DNA of 64,000 nt from an uncultured candidate division Zixibacteria bacterium. GTDB taxonomy: Bacteria; Zixibacteria; MSB-5A5; GN15; FEB-12. Positions 39,368 to 49,099 of the stretch are shown here, one piece after another. The number at the start of each line of letters is the position of its first letter. Position 1 is the first letter of the stretch. Both the position numbers and the translations under genes were made by a program. The stretch spans positions 224,001 through 288,000 of the forward strand of contig CAWDXE010000004.1 of assembly GCA_963806185.1 (NCBI GenBank). The letters are read 5' to 3'. A model generated the notes under the pieces. It saw nothing but the letters and a program-made list of their open reading frames with translations, was not told the DNA's origin and made no database searches.

Positions 39368-40411
39368 ATGATCCGATATTCGCCCAAATACATTTTGCTC
39401 TTCGCCTTTGTTCTGGCGGTATTCGCTGGGTTATGCAACGCTCAGCCGAGAACGCCTGCAGACACGGTCTCGTCGCTGACCGGTATTGAAATCGGAACCT
39501 CAATTGATAAGGCCGAAATCTACGTCGGCGACCTGGTCACCTATACGGTGACCATCACCTACGACTCCACCATCGGCCTCGTCCCGCCGCCGCTTGGAGC
39601 CAATCTCGGGGCGTTTGACGTCAAAGACTATCAGCCGGATATCGAAACCAAACTGCCCGACGGTCGCAAGCGCAGTGAATCGATCTTTGTCCTGAGCACG
39701 TTCACCACCGGCGACTACGTCATCCCGCCCGTGCCGATCATTTTCAATCTTCCTGACAGCAGTCGCAAAGTCATGCTCACCGAGCCGGTGCCGATCAAAG
39801 TGCTGTCGATGTTGCTCAATGCGGGCGACTCGGCTGATATCAAGCCACTGAAAAGGCCGTATGAATTTAAGCGCGATTGGAAACCGTACTTGCTCTGGGG
39901 CGGCGCCGGACTTGTACTCCTGGCTCTGGCCACCTTCCTTTGGTTCCGCTTCCGCAAGAAACGCAGCGCGGAAGAGGAAGTTGACCGTCGCCCGGCCTGG
40001 GAGGTCGCGTACAGTCGCCTGGCCGTGCTTAAGGAACAGCACCTGCCCACCGCAGGGAAGTTCAAAGACTATTACTTTGAGTTGACCGAAATCCTGAGGT
40101 GGTATCTGGGCCGGATTTATTCCATCGACGTCCTCGAAATGACCACCGAGGAATTCCTTGATCGGTTCGAAATGATGGAATTGCCTGACGGTTTGTACTA
40201 TAGCCTTGAACCGTTTATGAAACACGCCGATTTGGTGAAGTTTGCAAAACTGCTTCCTGATGCCGAACGGGCCGAAGCCGATTTCACGTTTGTACACTCC
40301 GTTGTAGGTAAGGTGCAGGCGAGCTACCTCCTGCGCACCAGCCCGCAGGCACAACTCAACGTGCCGGGCCAGCCGCAACAACCGGTGGCAACGGGCGGAG
40401 GTGCGTCATGA
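39368..40411 (+). CDS. BatD-like membrane protein of the bat operon
   Basis: Signal peptide, IYVGDLVTYTVTI, GDYVIPP, DIKP, TM, EMTTEE, ADLVKFAK. Confidence 0.75.
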   Translation: MIRYSPKYILLFAFVLAVFAGLCNAQPRTPADTVSSLTGIEIGTSIDKAEIYVGDLVTYTVTITYDSTIGLVPPPLGANLGAFDVKDYQPDIETKLPDGRKRSESIFVLSTFTTGDYVIPPVPIIFNLPDSSRKVMLTEPVPIKVLSMLLNAGDSADIKPLKRPYEFKRDWKPYLLWGGAGLVLLALATFLWFRFRKKRSAEEEVDRRPAWEVAYSRLAVLKEQHLPTAGKFKDYYFELTEILRWYLGRIYSIDVLEMTTEEFLDRFEMMELPDGLYYSLEPFMKHADLVKFAKLLPDAERAEADFTFVHSVVGKVQASYLLRTSPQAQLNVPGQPQQPVATGGGAS

Positions 40412-41454
40412 GCGGCCTTGAATTCGCCGGTTTCTCGCTGGCCCTGCTGGGACTGGATGCCGTCACCGTCCCTCCAATTGTGATCTTCCTTTCCGGCGCC
40501 GCCGTCGTTGCCGCCGTGCTCTATTTCCATTATCGCTACAAGCGATTCCGGTCGGCGACGATCAAATACTCGGATATTCGCATTGTCACTCGCGCCGTCC
40601 GTTCCAGCCGCCAGCGTTGGCGCTTTCTGCTGACCTTCCTGAGAGTGGCCGCGATTTCGCTCTTGTTTGTCGCTTTTGCCCGCCCCCGTGCCGGCACCGA
40701 AGTGAAAGACATTTCCTCAGAAGGCATCGACATTATGCTCTGCCTGGACGTGTCCTCTTCTATGATGGCGGAGGATTTCAAACCGTACAACCGACTGTAT
40801 GTCGCCAAGGAAGAAATCAAAAAATTCATCCAGAAGCGGATGAACGATCGCATCGGCCTGGTGGTCTTTGCGCGCAATTCCTTCACTCAATGCCCGCTGA
40901 CCGTCGACTACGGCGTGCTGATGAACTTCGTCGATCAGGTCGATTTCGGCGGTCTTGAAGACGGCACTGCCATCGGCATGGCAATCGCCAATGCCCTCAA
41001 CCGTCTCCGCGATTCCGAAGCGAAATCGAAAGTCGTCATCCTCGTGACCGACGGTGAAAACAATGCCGGTGAAATCGACCCCGTCACCGCCGCCAATCTG
41101 GCGGAAGCGTTCAACATCAAGATATATACGGTCGGCGTCGGCAAAGAGGGGAACGCCATGTTCCCTTACAACGATCCGATCTTTGGCAAACGGTACGTCT
41201 ATCAGCCGACCAAGATCAACGAACCGATGTTGCGCGAAATTGCCGAGAAAACCGGCGGTCGGTACTATCGGGCCCGCTCGGGCGAGGAACTGAATCAGAT
41301 CTACACCTCAATTGATCAACTCGAAAAGACCGAAATTAAAGTGTCGTCGCACGTGCAATACCGGGAACTGTTTCCGACTTTCACTCTGCTGGCCCTGGGA
41401 CTGTTGGCGTTTGAGACATTGCTGGGACACACCTATTTCAGGAAGCTGCCGTAA
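40408..41454 (+). CDS. batA: VWA domain protein BatA
   Basis: AFARP, DVSSSM MIDAS, DRIGLVVF, QCPLT, GTAIG, TDGENNAG. Confidence 0.9.
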   Translation: MSGLEFAGFSLALLGLDAVTVPPIVIFLSGAAVVAAVLYFHYRYKRFRSATIKYSDIRIVTRAVRSSRQRWRFLLTFLRVAAISLLFVAFARPRAGTEVKDISSEGIDIMLCLDVSSSMMAEDFKPYNRLYVAKEEIKKFIQKRMNDRIGLVVFARNSFTQCPLTVDYGVLMNFVDQVDFGGLEDGTAIGMAIANALNRLRDSEAKSKVVILVTDGENNAGEIDPVTAANLAEAFNIKIYTVGVGKEGNAMFPYNDPIFGKRYVYQPTKINEPMLREIAEKTGGRYYRARSGEELNQIYTSIDQLEKTEIKVSSHVQYRELFPTFTLLALGLLAFETLLGHTYFRKLP

Positions 41455-41462
41455 GGGAGAGT

Positions 41463-42485
41463 ATGCGGTTTTTTGACCCACAGAGTTTTTGGATACTGCT
41501 CGGCGTGCTGGCGCTTGGGGTGTTCATCTTCTGGGCGATTGGGCGCAAGAAGCAGCTCCTGGCCCGCTTTGGCGATCTTCCGCTGGTGCTGAAGAACGCC
41601 CCCTATATTTCTTTCGGTCGTCAGCGCACCAAGGCAATTTTGCTGCTGCTCGGCCTGGCTCTCATTGTTCTCACCCTCGCCCGACTGCAGTTCGGCACCC
41701 ACCTCGAAATGGTGAAGCGCGAGGGAATTGACATTATCGTGGCGTTGGACGTTTCCAACTCGATGCTTGCGCAGGATATGAAGCCCAGCCGCCTCGAGCA
41801 GGCCAAGCAGGAGATTCGCGAGATCATCGGTCGCCTGAAAGGTGATCGCATCGGTCTTGTCGCGTTCGCCGGCGAGGGATTCATCCAGTGCCCGCTGACT
41901 GTCGACTACGCCGCCGCCCAGATGCTTCTTGGAGTCATGGACAATACCTCGGTCTCACGACAGGGGACCTCCATCAGTTCGGCCATTGAAGCTGCTCAGC
42001 GCGCCTATGACCAGAAGGACAAACAGCACAAGGTGATGTTGCTCCTAACCGACGGTGAGGACCACGAGGGCAACGCCGCCGAAATGGCCGATAAAGCCCG
42101 GCAGGACGGCGTACGCATCTATACCATTGGCATCGGTAGCCCCCAGGGCGAACCGATTCCGGTACTGGATCAATCCGGGCGCCAGCTCGGTTTTAAGAAA
42201 GATCAAAGCGGCGAAGTGATCGTGTCCCGCCTCGACGAAGAAACGCTTCAGAAAATTGCCCTCGCGACCGGCGGGAAGTACTATCACGCCGGGCAGGGTG
42301 AAATCGCCCTCGACCGTATCTTCGACGAAATCGCCAAACTCGAGAAGAAAGAGCTCGAAGGTACCCTGGTCACCAAGTACGAGGATCGCTATCAGCTGCC
42401 GCTCCTGCTCGCGATGGTGTTGGTGGTCGGAGAGTTCTTCTTCCCGGAACGGAAGAAAGTAGTGAGGAGAGAAGGCAATGCGTAG
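41463..42485 (+). CDS. batB: VWA domain protein BatB
   Basis: DVSNSMLAQD..PSRL, DRIGLVAFAG, TDGEDHEG, GEPIP. Confidence 0.9.
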   Translation: MRFFDPQSFWILLGVLALGVFIFWAIGRKKQLLARFGDLPLVLKNAPYISFGRQRTKAILLLLGLALIVLTLARLQFGTHLEMVKREGIDIIVALDVSNSMLAQDMKPSRLEQAKQEIREIIGRLKGDRIGLVAFAGEGFIQCPLTVDYAAAQMLLGVMDNTSVSRQGTSISSAIEAAQRAYDQKDKQHKVMLLLTDGEDHEGNAAEMADKARQDGVRIYTIGIGSPQGEPIPVLDQSGRQLGFKKDQSGEVIVSRLDEETLQKIALATGGKYYHAGQGEIALDRIFDEIAKLEKKELEGTLVTKYEDRYQLPLLLAMVLVVGEFFFPERKKVVRREGNA

Positions 42486-43209
42486 GGTGTGTTCGATATT
42501 CGTTCTCATGTCACTCAGTGCTGTCTCCGCCTGGGCGGGCCTGATCGGCGAAGTCAAGGACGGCAACGCTGCCTATGCCAAAGGGGATTTCAAAACGGCC
42601 CTGGAGCATTACCATGCCGCCGAGGCCAGCGCCCCGGAATCACCCGAGTTGCAGTACAACCTTGGCAATGCCTACCACGGTCAGGAAAAATATGAGACGG
42701 CCGTCGAGATGTTCCAGAAAGCGCTGAAAACCACCGACCCAATGCAGCAGGCCGCGGCCCATTACAACCTCGGCAATACCCATTACAAGATGGGCGATTA
42801 CCTGAAAGCGATTGCCAGCTATGAAGAGGCACTGAAGCTCAATCCGACCGATACCGACGCCAAATTTAATCTGGAGCTGGCTCGCAAGATGCTCAAGGAA
42901 CATGCCAAGCCGGATCAGCAGAATCAACAGAACCAGCAGAATAAGCAGAACCAACAACAGCAGAAACAGCAAAACCAGCAGGATCAGAACAAGCAGGATT
43001 CGACTCAAAATCAGCAAAATCAGCCCGATTCTGCCCAGCAGAAACAACAGCAACAGCAACAACAACAGGCTCAGCAACGTAAAGACCAGAAAATGTCCAA
43101 AGAGGACGCGGAACGGATTTTAAACGCCTTGCGCGATGACGAACGTGACGTACAGAAAAAGATTCACCGCGACGTGAATGCCGCCGACTATACGGGTAAG
43201 GACTGGTAA
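42478..43209 (+). CDS. batC: TPR protein BatC with Gln-rich linker
   Basis: YNLGNAY and YNLGNTHY TPRs, Q/N-rich tract, MSKEDAERILNAL, C-terminal KDW. Confidence 0.9.
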   Translation: MRRVCSIFVLMSLSAVSAWAGLIGEVKDGNAAYAKGDFKTALEHYHAAEASAPESPELQYNLGNAYHGQEKYETAVEMFQKALKTTDPMQQAAAHYNLGNTHYKMGDYLKAIASYEEALKLNPTDTDAKFNLELARKMLKEHAKPDQQNQQNQQNKQNQQQQKQQNQQDQNKQDSTQNQQNQPDSAQQKQQQQQQQQAQQRKDQKMSKEDAERILNALRDDERDVQKKIHRDVNAADYTGKDW

Positions 43210-43213
43210 GCCT

Positions 43214-45025
43214 ATGACTGCTCGACATGCTGCTCCCATTCTCGCGATCGTCGCCATGCTGGCGTTTTTCGGTAGCGCGACAGCCCAGGATTCGGTGAGC
43301 GTATCTGTCCAACTCGACAGAAGCACGATCAGCCTCAATGAACAGGCGGTACTGCAGGTGACCATCTCTGGCGGGAATCAGAACCTCCCCGGTCCGGATA
43401 TGCCAAATCTCCCGCAATTCGAGGTCTACTCGCAAGGAAGATCGAGCAATATCAGTATCATCAATGGTCAAGTGAGCGCGTCGATGACGTACTTATTCCT
43501 GCTCGTTCCGCAGCAGGCGGGTACTTTTCCCATCAACAATATCTCCGTCGTCCAGGACAACCATCGGTATGTCGGCAACGAGGTGACCCTGACCGTCCTC
43601 AACAAGGGACAATCCGGCACCAACAAGTTGGAAGACAAGGCGACCAGTTCCGACGGTCAGTCACGCGACTACTTTCTTGAAGCCGTCGTGGATGACAAAT
43701 CGCCCTATGTAAACGAGCAGGTCACGCTCACTCTGAAATTCTTCACCGCCGTCCAGTATTACGGCAGTCCCGAGTTGATTGAACCGGCTACCACCGGTTT
43801 CTGGATGGAAGTCCTCGGCAACGGCACGCCCTACTATCAGCGCATCAACGGGCGCAATTACAAAGTCATCGAACGCCAGTATGCCCTTTTTCCTACCCAG
43901 TCGGGCCCCTTGACAATCGGGCGGGCGAGCATCAATGCGACTATGGCGGTTAAACAGCGCCGCTCGCGCGACCCCTTTGATATGTTCAGCGATTTCTTTC
44001 CCCAGGGGCAGGACGTGACTATTCGCTCGGAACCCCTGAAAATCGACGTCAAACCCCTTCCGGCCGAAGGAAAACCGACCGACTTCACCGGGACCATCGG
44101 CAGTTTCCAGATCAGCGCCACGGCCAACAAGACCGAAGTGGAGGTCAACCAGCCGGTGACAGTGACGATTCGCATCAGCGGCGTCGGCAACGTCAAGTCG
44201 GTGGCCGAGCCGTTTATTCCGGATTTGCAGGATTTCCGTGCCTACAATGCGTCGTCCAACGAGAATATTTCCCGTGTAGACAACAAGCTCGGTGGCGCCA
44301 AAATCTTCGAACAGATATTCATCCCCAAACGACCGGGAACACTCCAGATTCCCGCGTTGTCGTTTAATTTCTTCAATCCGGCCAAGGGGAAATACGAAAC
44401 GGTCACGACCAAGCCTATCGATGTGACGGTCAACAAACCGGAGGGGTATACCGGGCCGGTCGATGTTCCGTACGCCCCGGGTGATGTGCGCATCGGCAGC
44501 CAGTCGCAGGATATTAGGTTCATCAAGCGCGGTCCCGACGACTTGCGGCCGACTGGACAAGTTCTGCTCACTCGCCCGATCTATCTGGTCGTCAATGCCC
44601 TGCCCATCCTCGCCTTCATCGGCCTGGTGGTCATGCGGAAGCGCCGCGAATCGCTGGCCATGAATGTCGGTTACGCCCGTTCGCGCGCCGCCTCGCGGGC
44701 GGCCCGCAAGCGGCTGGCTCAAGCGAAGGCGCTGGCGACGGTCAAGCAATCCGAGGCATTCCACGCCGAAGTGAGTCGAGCCGTCACGCAATACATTGCC
44801 GACAAGGTGAATATCTCACCTCACGGTCTGACGACTGACGGCATCGTCGCGGTTCTGCAGTCGCGAAACGCCGAGCCGGACTTGATCGACCAGATTGTGC
44901 ACCTGCTCCAGCAGGCCGACTTCGCCCGCTTTGCCCCGGGGACAGTGACGCAGGCGGGTATCGACGATGCCCTGGCCAAGGCCGAGAGCATAATGGTCAG
45001 AATGGAAGGGGTGCGCTTTGCGTAG
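43214..45025 (+). CDS. batD: BatD family protein
   Basis: Signal peptide, SSNISIING, YVNEQV, FTGTIGSF, ISGVGN, FFNP, TM near the C-terminus. Confidence 0.88.
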   Translation: MTARHAAPILAIVAMLAFFGSATAQDSVSVSVQLDRSTISLNEQAVLQVTISGGNQNLPGPDMPNLPQFEVYSQGRSSNISIINGQVSASMTYLFLLVPQQAGTFPINNISVVQDNHRYVGNEVTLTVLNKGQSGTNKLEDKATSSDGQSRDYFLEAVVDDKSPYVNEQVTLTLKFFTAVQYYGSPELIEPATTGFWMEVLGNGTPYYQRINGRNYKVIERQYALFPTQSGPLTIGRASINATMAVKQRRSRDPFDMFSDFFPQGQDVTIRSEPLKIDVKPLPAEGKPTDFTGTIGSFQISATANKTEVEVNQPVTVTIRISGVGNVKSVAEPFIPDLQDFRAYNASSNENISRVDNKLGGAKIFEQIFIPKRPGTLQIPALSFNFFNPAKGKYETVTTKPIDVTVNKPEGYTGPVDVPYAPGDVRIGSQSQDIRFIKRGPDDLRPTGQVLLTRPIYLVVNALPILAFIGLVVMRKRRESLAMNVGYARSRAASRAARKRLAQAKALATVKQSEAFHAEVSRAVTQYIADKVNISPHGLTTDGIVAVLQSRNAEPDLIDQIVHLLQQADFARFAPGTVTQAGIDDALAKAESIMVRMEGVRFA

Positions 45026-45776
45026 GATCCTTTTCCTGCTCTGCCTGCTTGCCATGGGCGTGCCACTTACCGTCCTGGCCGACGCCACGCCGAAAGATCA
45101 GTTTGATCGCGCCAACGACCTGTTTGAACAGCGGCAGTACGGGCAGGCCATCGCGCTCTATGATTCGATCCGTACCCAGGGTCTCGAATCCGCATCACTG
45201 TACTTCAATCTCGGCAATGCCTACTTCAAGAACGGCGACCTGGGTCATGCCGTCCTGAATTACCTGCGGGCGCAGCGTCTCGATCCCACTGATGACGATA
45301 TTCGATACAACCTGGAATTTGCGCGCGGTCTGACCAGCGTGCAGATGGAGGGGATGCAGCTCAATCCGGTGCGATCTCTGCTGTCATCGATCACCGGGCG
45401 CTTTCATATTGGTCTGCTGGCCTGGGCGTCATCGTTCTGCTTCATACTCGTTTTCGCCTTTCTCTCGCTGCGATTCGGTTTGGGCTGGAACGGGGGATGG
45501 ACCCGCGCCGGTGTGTGGGTTGCCATCGTGCTCTGTGTCTGTCTGTCGGCACTCACCACCTTCAAGTATCGTGACGAATATGTCAGCCGGCGAGGTGTCC
45601 TGGTGGCCGACCAGCCGACCGTGCTCAATGGACCGACCGCCCATTCCGACGTCGAATTTACCGGGGCCGCAGGACTGATTGTCAGGGTCGTGACAGAAAC
45701 GGACGACTACTACGACGTCGTGTTTGAAAATCAGCGTCGCGGCTGGATCAAGCGGGATGCTGTCGCCTTGCTGTAA
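45018..45776 (+). CDS. batE: TPR plus SH3-like protein BatE
   Basis: LYFNLGNAYFK..LGHAVLNYLRA, two TM, C-terminal GWI. Confidence 0.88.
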   Translation: MRRILFLLCLLAMGVPLTVLADATPKDQFDRANDLFEQRQYGQAIALYDSIRTQGLESASLYFNLGNAYFKNGDLGHAVLNYLRAQRLDPTDDDIRYNLEFARGLTSVQMEGMQLNPVRSLLSSITGRFHIGLLAWASSFCFILVFAFLSLRFGLGWNGGWTRAGVWVAIVLCVCLSALTTFKYRDEYVSRRGVLVADQPTVLNGPTAHSDVEFTGAAGLIVRVVTETDDYYDVVFENQRRGWIKRDAVALL

Positions 45777-45804
45777 CCCGTCGTTGGGCAAGGGATTATT
45801 TATT

Positions 45805-45833
45805 TTGACTCTATTCATGCGAAGCCCTATCAT
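45805..45833 (+). promoter_or_regulatory. Candidate sigma70 promoter
   Basis: TTGACT-N17-TATCAT upstream of 45867. Confidence 0.6.
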
Positions 45834-45866
45834 TTCTGTCGGCGGGACTCTGTACGCCGAGCAAAA

Positions 45867-46910
45867 ATGATACGCATGCTGAAAAAAAAGCAGTTCTGGG
45901 GCGCGATCATCGGTATCGCGCTTCTTGCTTGGTGTGCCAAAGACGTCAAATGGCAGGATCTCGAAACCCTCGCCGAACGCACCAACTACTGGTACCTCAT
46001 CCCTTCGGTCATTTTTGCCTTCCTCTTCGTCATCTTCAAAGCGCTGCGCTGGCGCGTGCTCGTCTCGCCGCAAAAGAATATTCCGCTCATCAGGGCGGTC
46101 ACCCTTTACTCCACCGGCCAGGTGCTCAATATCGCCATGCCGGCTCTCACCGGGCAGGTCGGCCGCCTGATTCTTTTTTCACGCAAGGAGCATTTGCGGA
46201 AGACGTTCATCTTTTCGACTATCCTCCTGGAAATTCTGTTCGACGCCATCAGCCTCGTCGTTCTCATCCTGCTCACGTCGCTCGTCTTTGTTTTCCCCAG
46301 CGAATATCGGGTGATTGGTTTTGTTATTGCCGGTTTTACCGTCGGCGTGCTCATCATCTTCTATCTCATGATCCACTTCGAGGAGCCGCTCGAAGGCCAG
46401 TTGCGTCGACACATTCGGAACCGCTGGCCGGGAGCCTACATTACCCTGACCAAATTCCTCCGCTCTTTTACCAAAGGGATCAGGATGCTCAGGTCGACCA
46501 GCCACTTCTCACAGACGCTGGGCATCTCCTTCGCCCTCTGGGCGGCACACCTCTTCGTGATTCACTTTCTCTTCAAATCCTTTGGTTTTGAACTCTCTAT
46601 CCCGGTGGCCGCAGCGATCATGATCATTAATACCATCATTCTCATGGTGCCGATTACCCCAGGAAACGCGGGGACGTTTGAAGTGACTGTCAGCACGTCA
46701 TTGAAGGCGTTTTCGGTCGGTTCGACCGACGCCGTGCTCTTTGCCCTGGCGCTCCATCTGTTCGATGTCCTGCCCGCCTTCGTGCTCGGTTTCTGGTATC
46801 TGAAAGTGGAAAAGCTCTCCCTTCGCCAACTTAGTGAGGAACAGCCCGTTGGACGCGTGATCGATGAGGTAGAGGCAAACCAGCCGATCGATGTCGACGA
46901 CCGCGTCTAA
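45867..46910 (+). CDS. Lysylphosphatidylglycerol synthase TM-domain (UPF0104, flippase-like) protein
   Basis: KALRWRVL, NIAMPALTGQVGR, EILFD, VPITPGNAGTFE; multi-TM. Confidence 0.85.
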   Translation: MIRMLKKKQFWGAIIGIALLAWCAKDVKWQDLETLAERTNYWYLIPSVIFAFLFVIFKALRWRVLVSPQKNIPLIRAVTLYSTGQVLNIAMPALTGQVGRLILFSRKEHLRKTFIFSTILLEILFDAISLVVLILLTSLVFVFPSEYRVIGFVIAGFTVGVLIIFYLMIHFEEPLEGQLRRHIRNRWPGAYITLTKFLRSFTKGIRMLRSTSHFSQTLGISFALWAAHLFVIHFLFKSFGFELSIPVAAAIMIINTIILMVPITPGNAGTFEVTVSTSLKAFSVGSTDAVLFALALHLFDVLPAFVLGFWYLKVEKLSLRQLSEEQPVGRVIDEVEANQPIDVDDRV

Positions 46911-47038
46911 TGCCTTGAGCCAATCAGAGATTCGTTGGTACAAGCTCGCTTCGGCCGTCTCGTCTGCGGAAAGGCGACCCAAAACTACACAATTTCCTCA
47001 TTTCTTGAAACTTTTTTCACAAGGTTTCGTTATCTTCC

Positions 47039-47110
47039 TTGACATTGTGTCCGACCAGTTTAGTATTAGATACCAGCCAGTAGGTATCTACTACATACCG
47101 ACCAGTAGGT
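47039..47110 (+). promoter_or_regulatory. Sigma70 promoter with repeated TetR-type operators
   Basis: TTGACA (47039)-N16-TAGTAT; inverted repeat TAGATACC-N8-GGTATCTA (47067-47090); related copies at 47049 and 47095. Confidence 0.7.
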
Positions 47111-47129
47111 TGGAAAAAAGGAAGCGAAA

Positions 47130-47759
47130 ATGCTGAAGATAAAACAAAGCCCCAAACTCCCCGCTGAGGAACGCCGCCAGCAGCTGCTCACGTCGGCCCA
47201 CCAGCTCTTCATGAAACAGGGATACCGGGACACGACCACCGATGAAATCGCCCGTAATGCCGGAGTCACCAAAGGGGCGCTCTACTTCCACTATCGAACG
47301 AAGGAGGACATCCTCTTTGAGCTGATCCGGAGCACGTCGACCGAACGGCAGCAGAGACTGAAAGACGCTCGCGGTTCGAAAATGCATCCGGCCGATGTAC
47401 TCAAACTGCTCCTGTCCTGGCGGGAGACGGATACCTATACCGATTCCACTACCTATCTGGATTTCTGGGTGCAGGCTATGAGTATCCCGCGCGTCCGCAA
47501 TTACCTGAAAAGAATGTACATCAAGGGCGCCGACCTGGTTGGCAATACCATCGATCCCGCCTGGGCGCCGACACCCAAGGCGCGCAAGGCTCTGGGTAGT
47601 TTCATCCTCGCCTTGTGCGACGGACTCTGTGTCCGGATGGTTTTGGAAAAGGGCAAATTTAATTTGAACGAAGAAGTTCGGCTCGTCCGGGAACATGTGG
47701 TCGTGATGCGCTCACGCAAAGTGGAATCCCGCAAACCGGGTAGCCGGAGGAAGAAATAA
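47130..47759 (+). CDS. TetR/AcrR family transcriptional regulator
   Basis: RRQQLLTSAHQLFMKQGY..TT..IARNAGVTKGALYFHYRTKEDI. Confidence 0.95.
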   Translation: MLKIKQSPKLPAEERRQQLLTSAHQLFMKQGYRDTTTDEIARNAGVTKGALYFHYRTKEDILFELIRSTSTERQQRLKDARGSKMHPADVLKLLLSWRETDTYTDSTTYLDFWVQAMSIPRVRNYLKRMYIKGADLVGNTIDPAWAPTPKARKALGSFILALCDGLCVRMVLEKGKFNLNEEVRLVREHVVVMRSRKVESRKPGSRRKK

Positions 47760-49087
47760 TGCGTAGGTACATCAAGGCCATGCTCGTGATCACCGTGGCG
47801 TCATTGCTCTTTTCCGCGGCGTACGGTGAGACTTCGCTGACGTTGGCTGATGCCCGGGCACGGGCGCTGGAGTTCAATCGCCAATACCTGAGTGCCAAAC
47901 AGGAACTGGTGAAATCGGATGCCGAGGTACGCAAGGCGAGATCCGGCGTATTCCCCGATGTTTCAATCTCCGCCGGTTACAGTCGGAATTTAAAAATACC
48001 TTCCTTTTTCATTTTCAGCGGCGATACCACTATGGAATTGACCACTGGTTCGAAAAACGCGTTTTCCGCTTCTTTCGGTATAACTCAGCCGATTTGGGAG
48101 GGAGGCAAAGTGTTTCAGGCCTGGTCGATCGCCAAACTATACCACAAGTATACCCGGGCCGGTCTGAATCAGGCGGCATCCGACATTATCTATCAGACCG
48201 ATCTCTTGTTCAACGGTACCACTCTGGCGCGAGCGCAACTCGACGTACTTCAGAAGGCGTATGAGGCCAACACGCGCAACCTTGAAGTCGTCGAGAAACA
48301 GTACGGCCAGGGGATGGTTTCCGAATTCGAATTGCTTCGTGCTCGCGTTGAGAAAGCCAATCTTGAGCCGGCTATCCTTCAAGCGGAATCTGAAGTGCGG
48401 TTGGCCGAGAAACGATTGAAGTCTTTTCTCGGCATGGTGCTGAATGAGCCGGTGACTCTGGTCGAGCCGACCGGCGACACGGTCCTCGCTCCACTGCCTT
48501 CACTCGAAACCATGGTCGACACGGCTCTGGCCAACCGTCCGGAAATGCAGCGTGCCGGGTACTTGACCGGTATCACCAGAAAGGCCGTCACCGCCGCCAA
48601 GTCGGAGTATTGGCCGAAACTTGATGCCATGACTCGCTACGACATCCAGTCGCAATCCAACGATTTCGACCCCGGAGATAACGTCAGCAAGTCCTGGACT
48701 GCCGGCCTCGCCCTTACTATCCCGTTCCCCTGGCTGGGCGGGGATAATATTGGCGGCGACGTTCAGTATCGCAAAGCGGATTACAATCAAATGCGTTTAG
48801 CCGAACAACAGACCCGCGACGACATCCGGCTTGAGGTGGAACAGGCCTTCGACCAACTGATGCAGGCGCAGCAGTCGCTCGAGGTTCAACGTGCGACCAT
48901 CGCCCAGGCCGAAGAGGGACTGAAGATCGCCAATGTCCGCTATCAGTCGGGCGTCGGTACGCAGCTTGAAGTGCTCTCGGCGCAAGCGGCTCTCACTGAG
49001 GCCCGCCGATCCCGGGCGCAGGCCGTTTTCAACTTCCGCCAGGCCAAGGCGGGATTAACCAGAGCTACCACCATTGATATACACTAG
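47759..49087 (+). CDS. TolC-family outer-membrane efflux protein
   Basis: Signal peptide; two OEP repeats (QPIWEGG; RYQSGVGTQLEVLSAQ). Confidence 0.93.
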   Translation: MRRYIKAMLVITVASLLFSAAYGETSLTLADARARALEFNRQYLSAKQELVKSDAEVRKARSGVFPDVSISAGYSRNLKIPSFFIFSGDTTMELTTGSKNAFSASFGITQPIWEGGKVFQAWSIAKLYHKYTRAGLNQAASDIIYQTDLLFNGTTLARAQLDVLQKAYEANTRNLEVVEKQYGQGMVSEFELLRARVEKANLEPAILQAESEVRLAEKRLKSFLGMVLNEPVTLVEPTGDTVLAPLPSLETMVDTALANRPEMQRAGYLTGITRKAVTAAKSEYWPKLDAMTRYDIQSQSNDFDPGDNVSKSWTAGLALTIPFPWLGGDNIGGDVQYRKADYNQMRLAEQQTRDDIRLEVEQAFDQLMQAQQSLEVQRATIAQAEEGLKIANVRYQSGVGTQLEVLSAQAALTEARRSRAQAVFNFRQAKAGLTRATTIDIH

Positions 49088-49099
49088 GGAACACCATAT

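Noticed and set aside
42913..43080. CAG/CAA/AAC-rich low-complexity tract
   Set aside because: Encodes the Gln/Asn linker that is normal for BatC; not a DNA repeat element.
38592..44791. Long antisense ORFs (38592..39503, 39500..40381, 43661..44791; also 55300..56268 and 6889..7728)
   Set aside because: They lie opposite well-supported genes and have no motifs; expected shadows of GC-rich codon usage.
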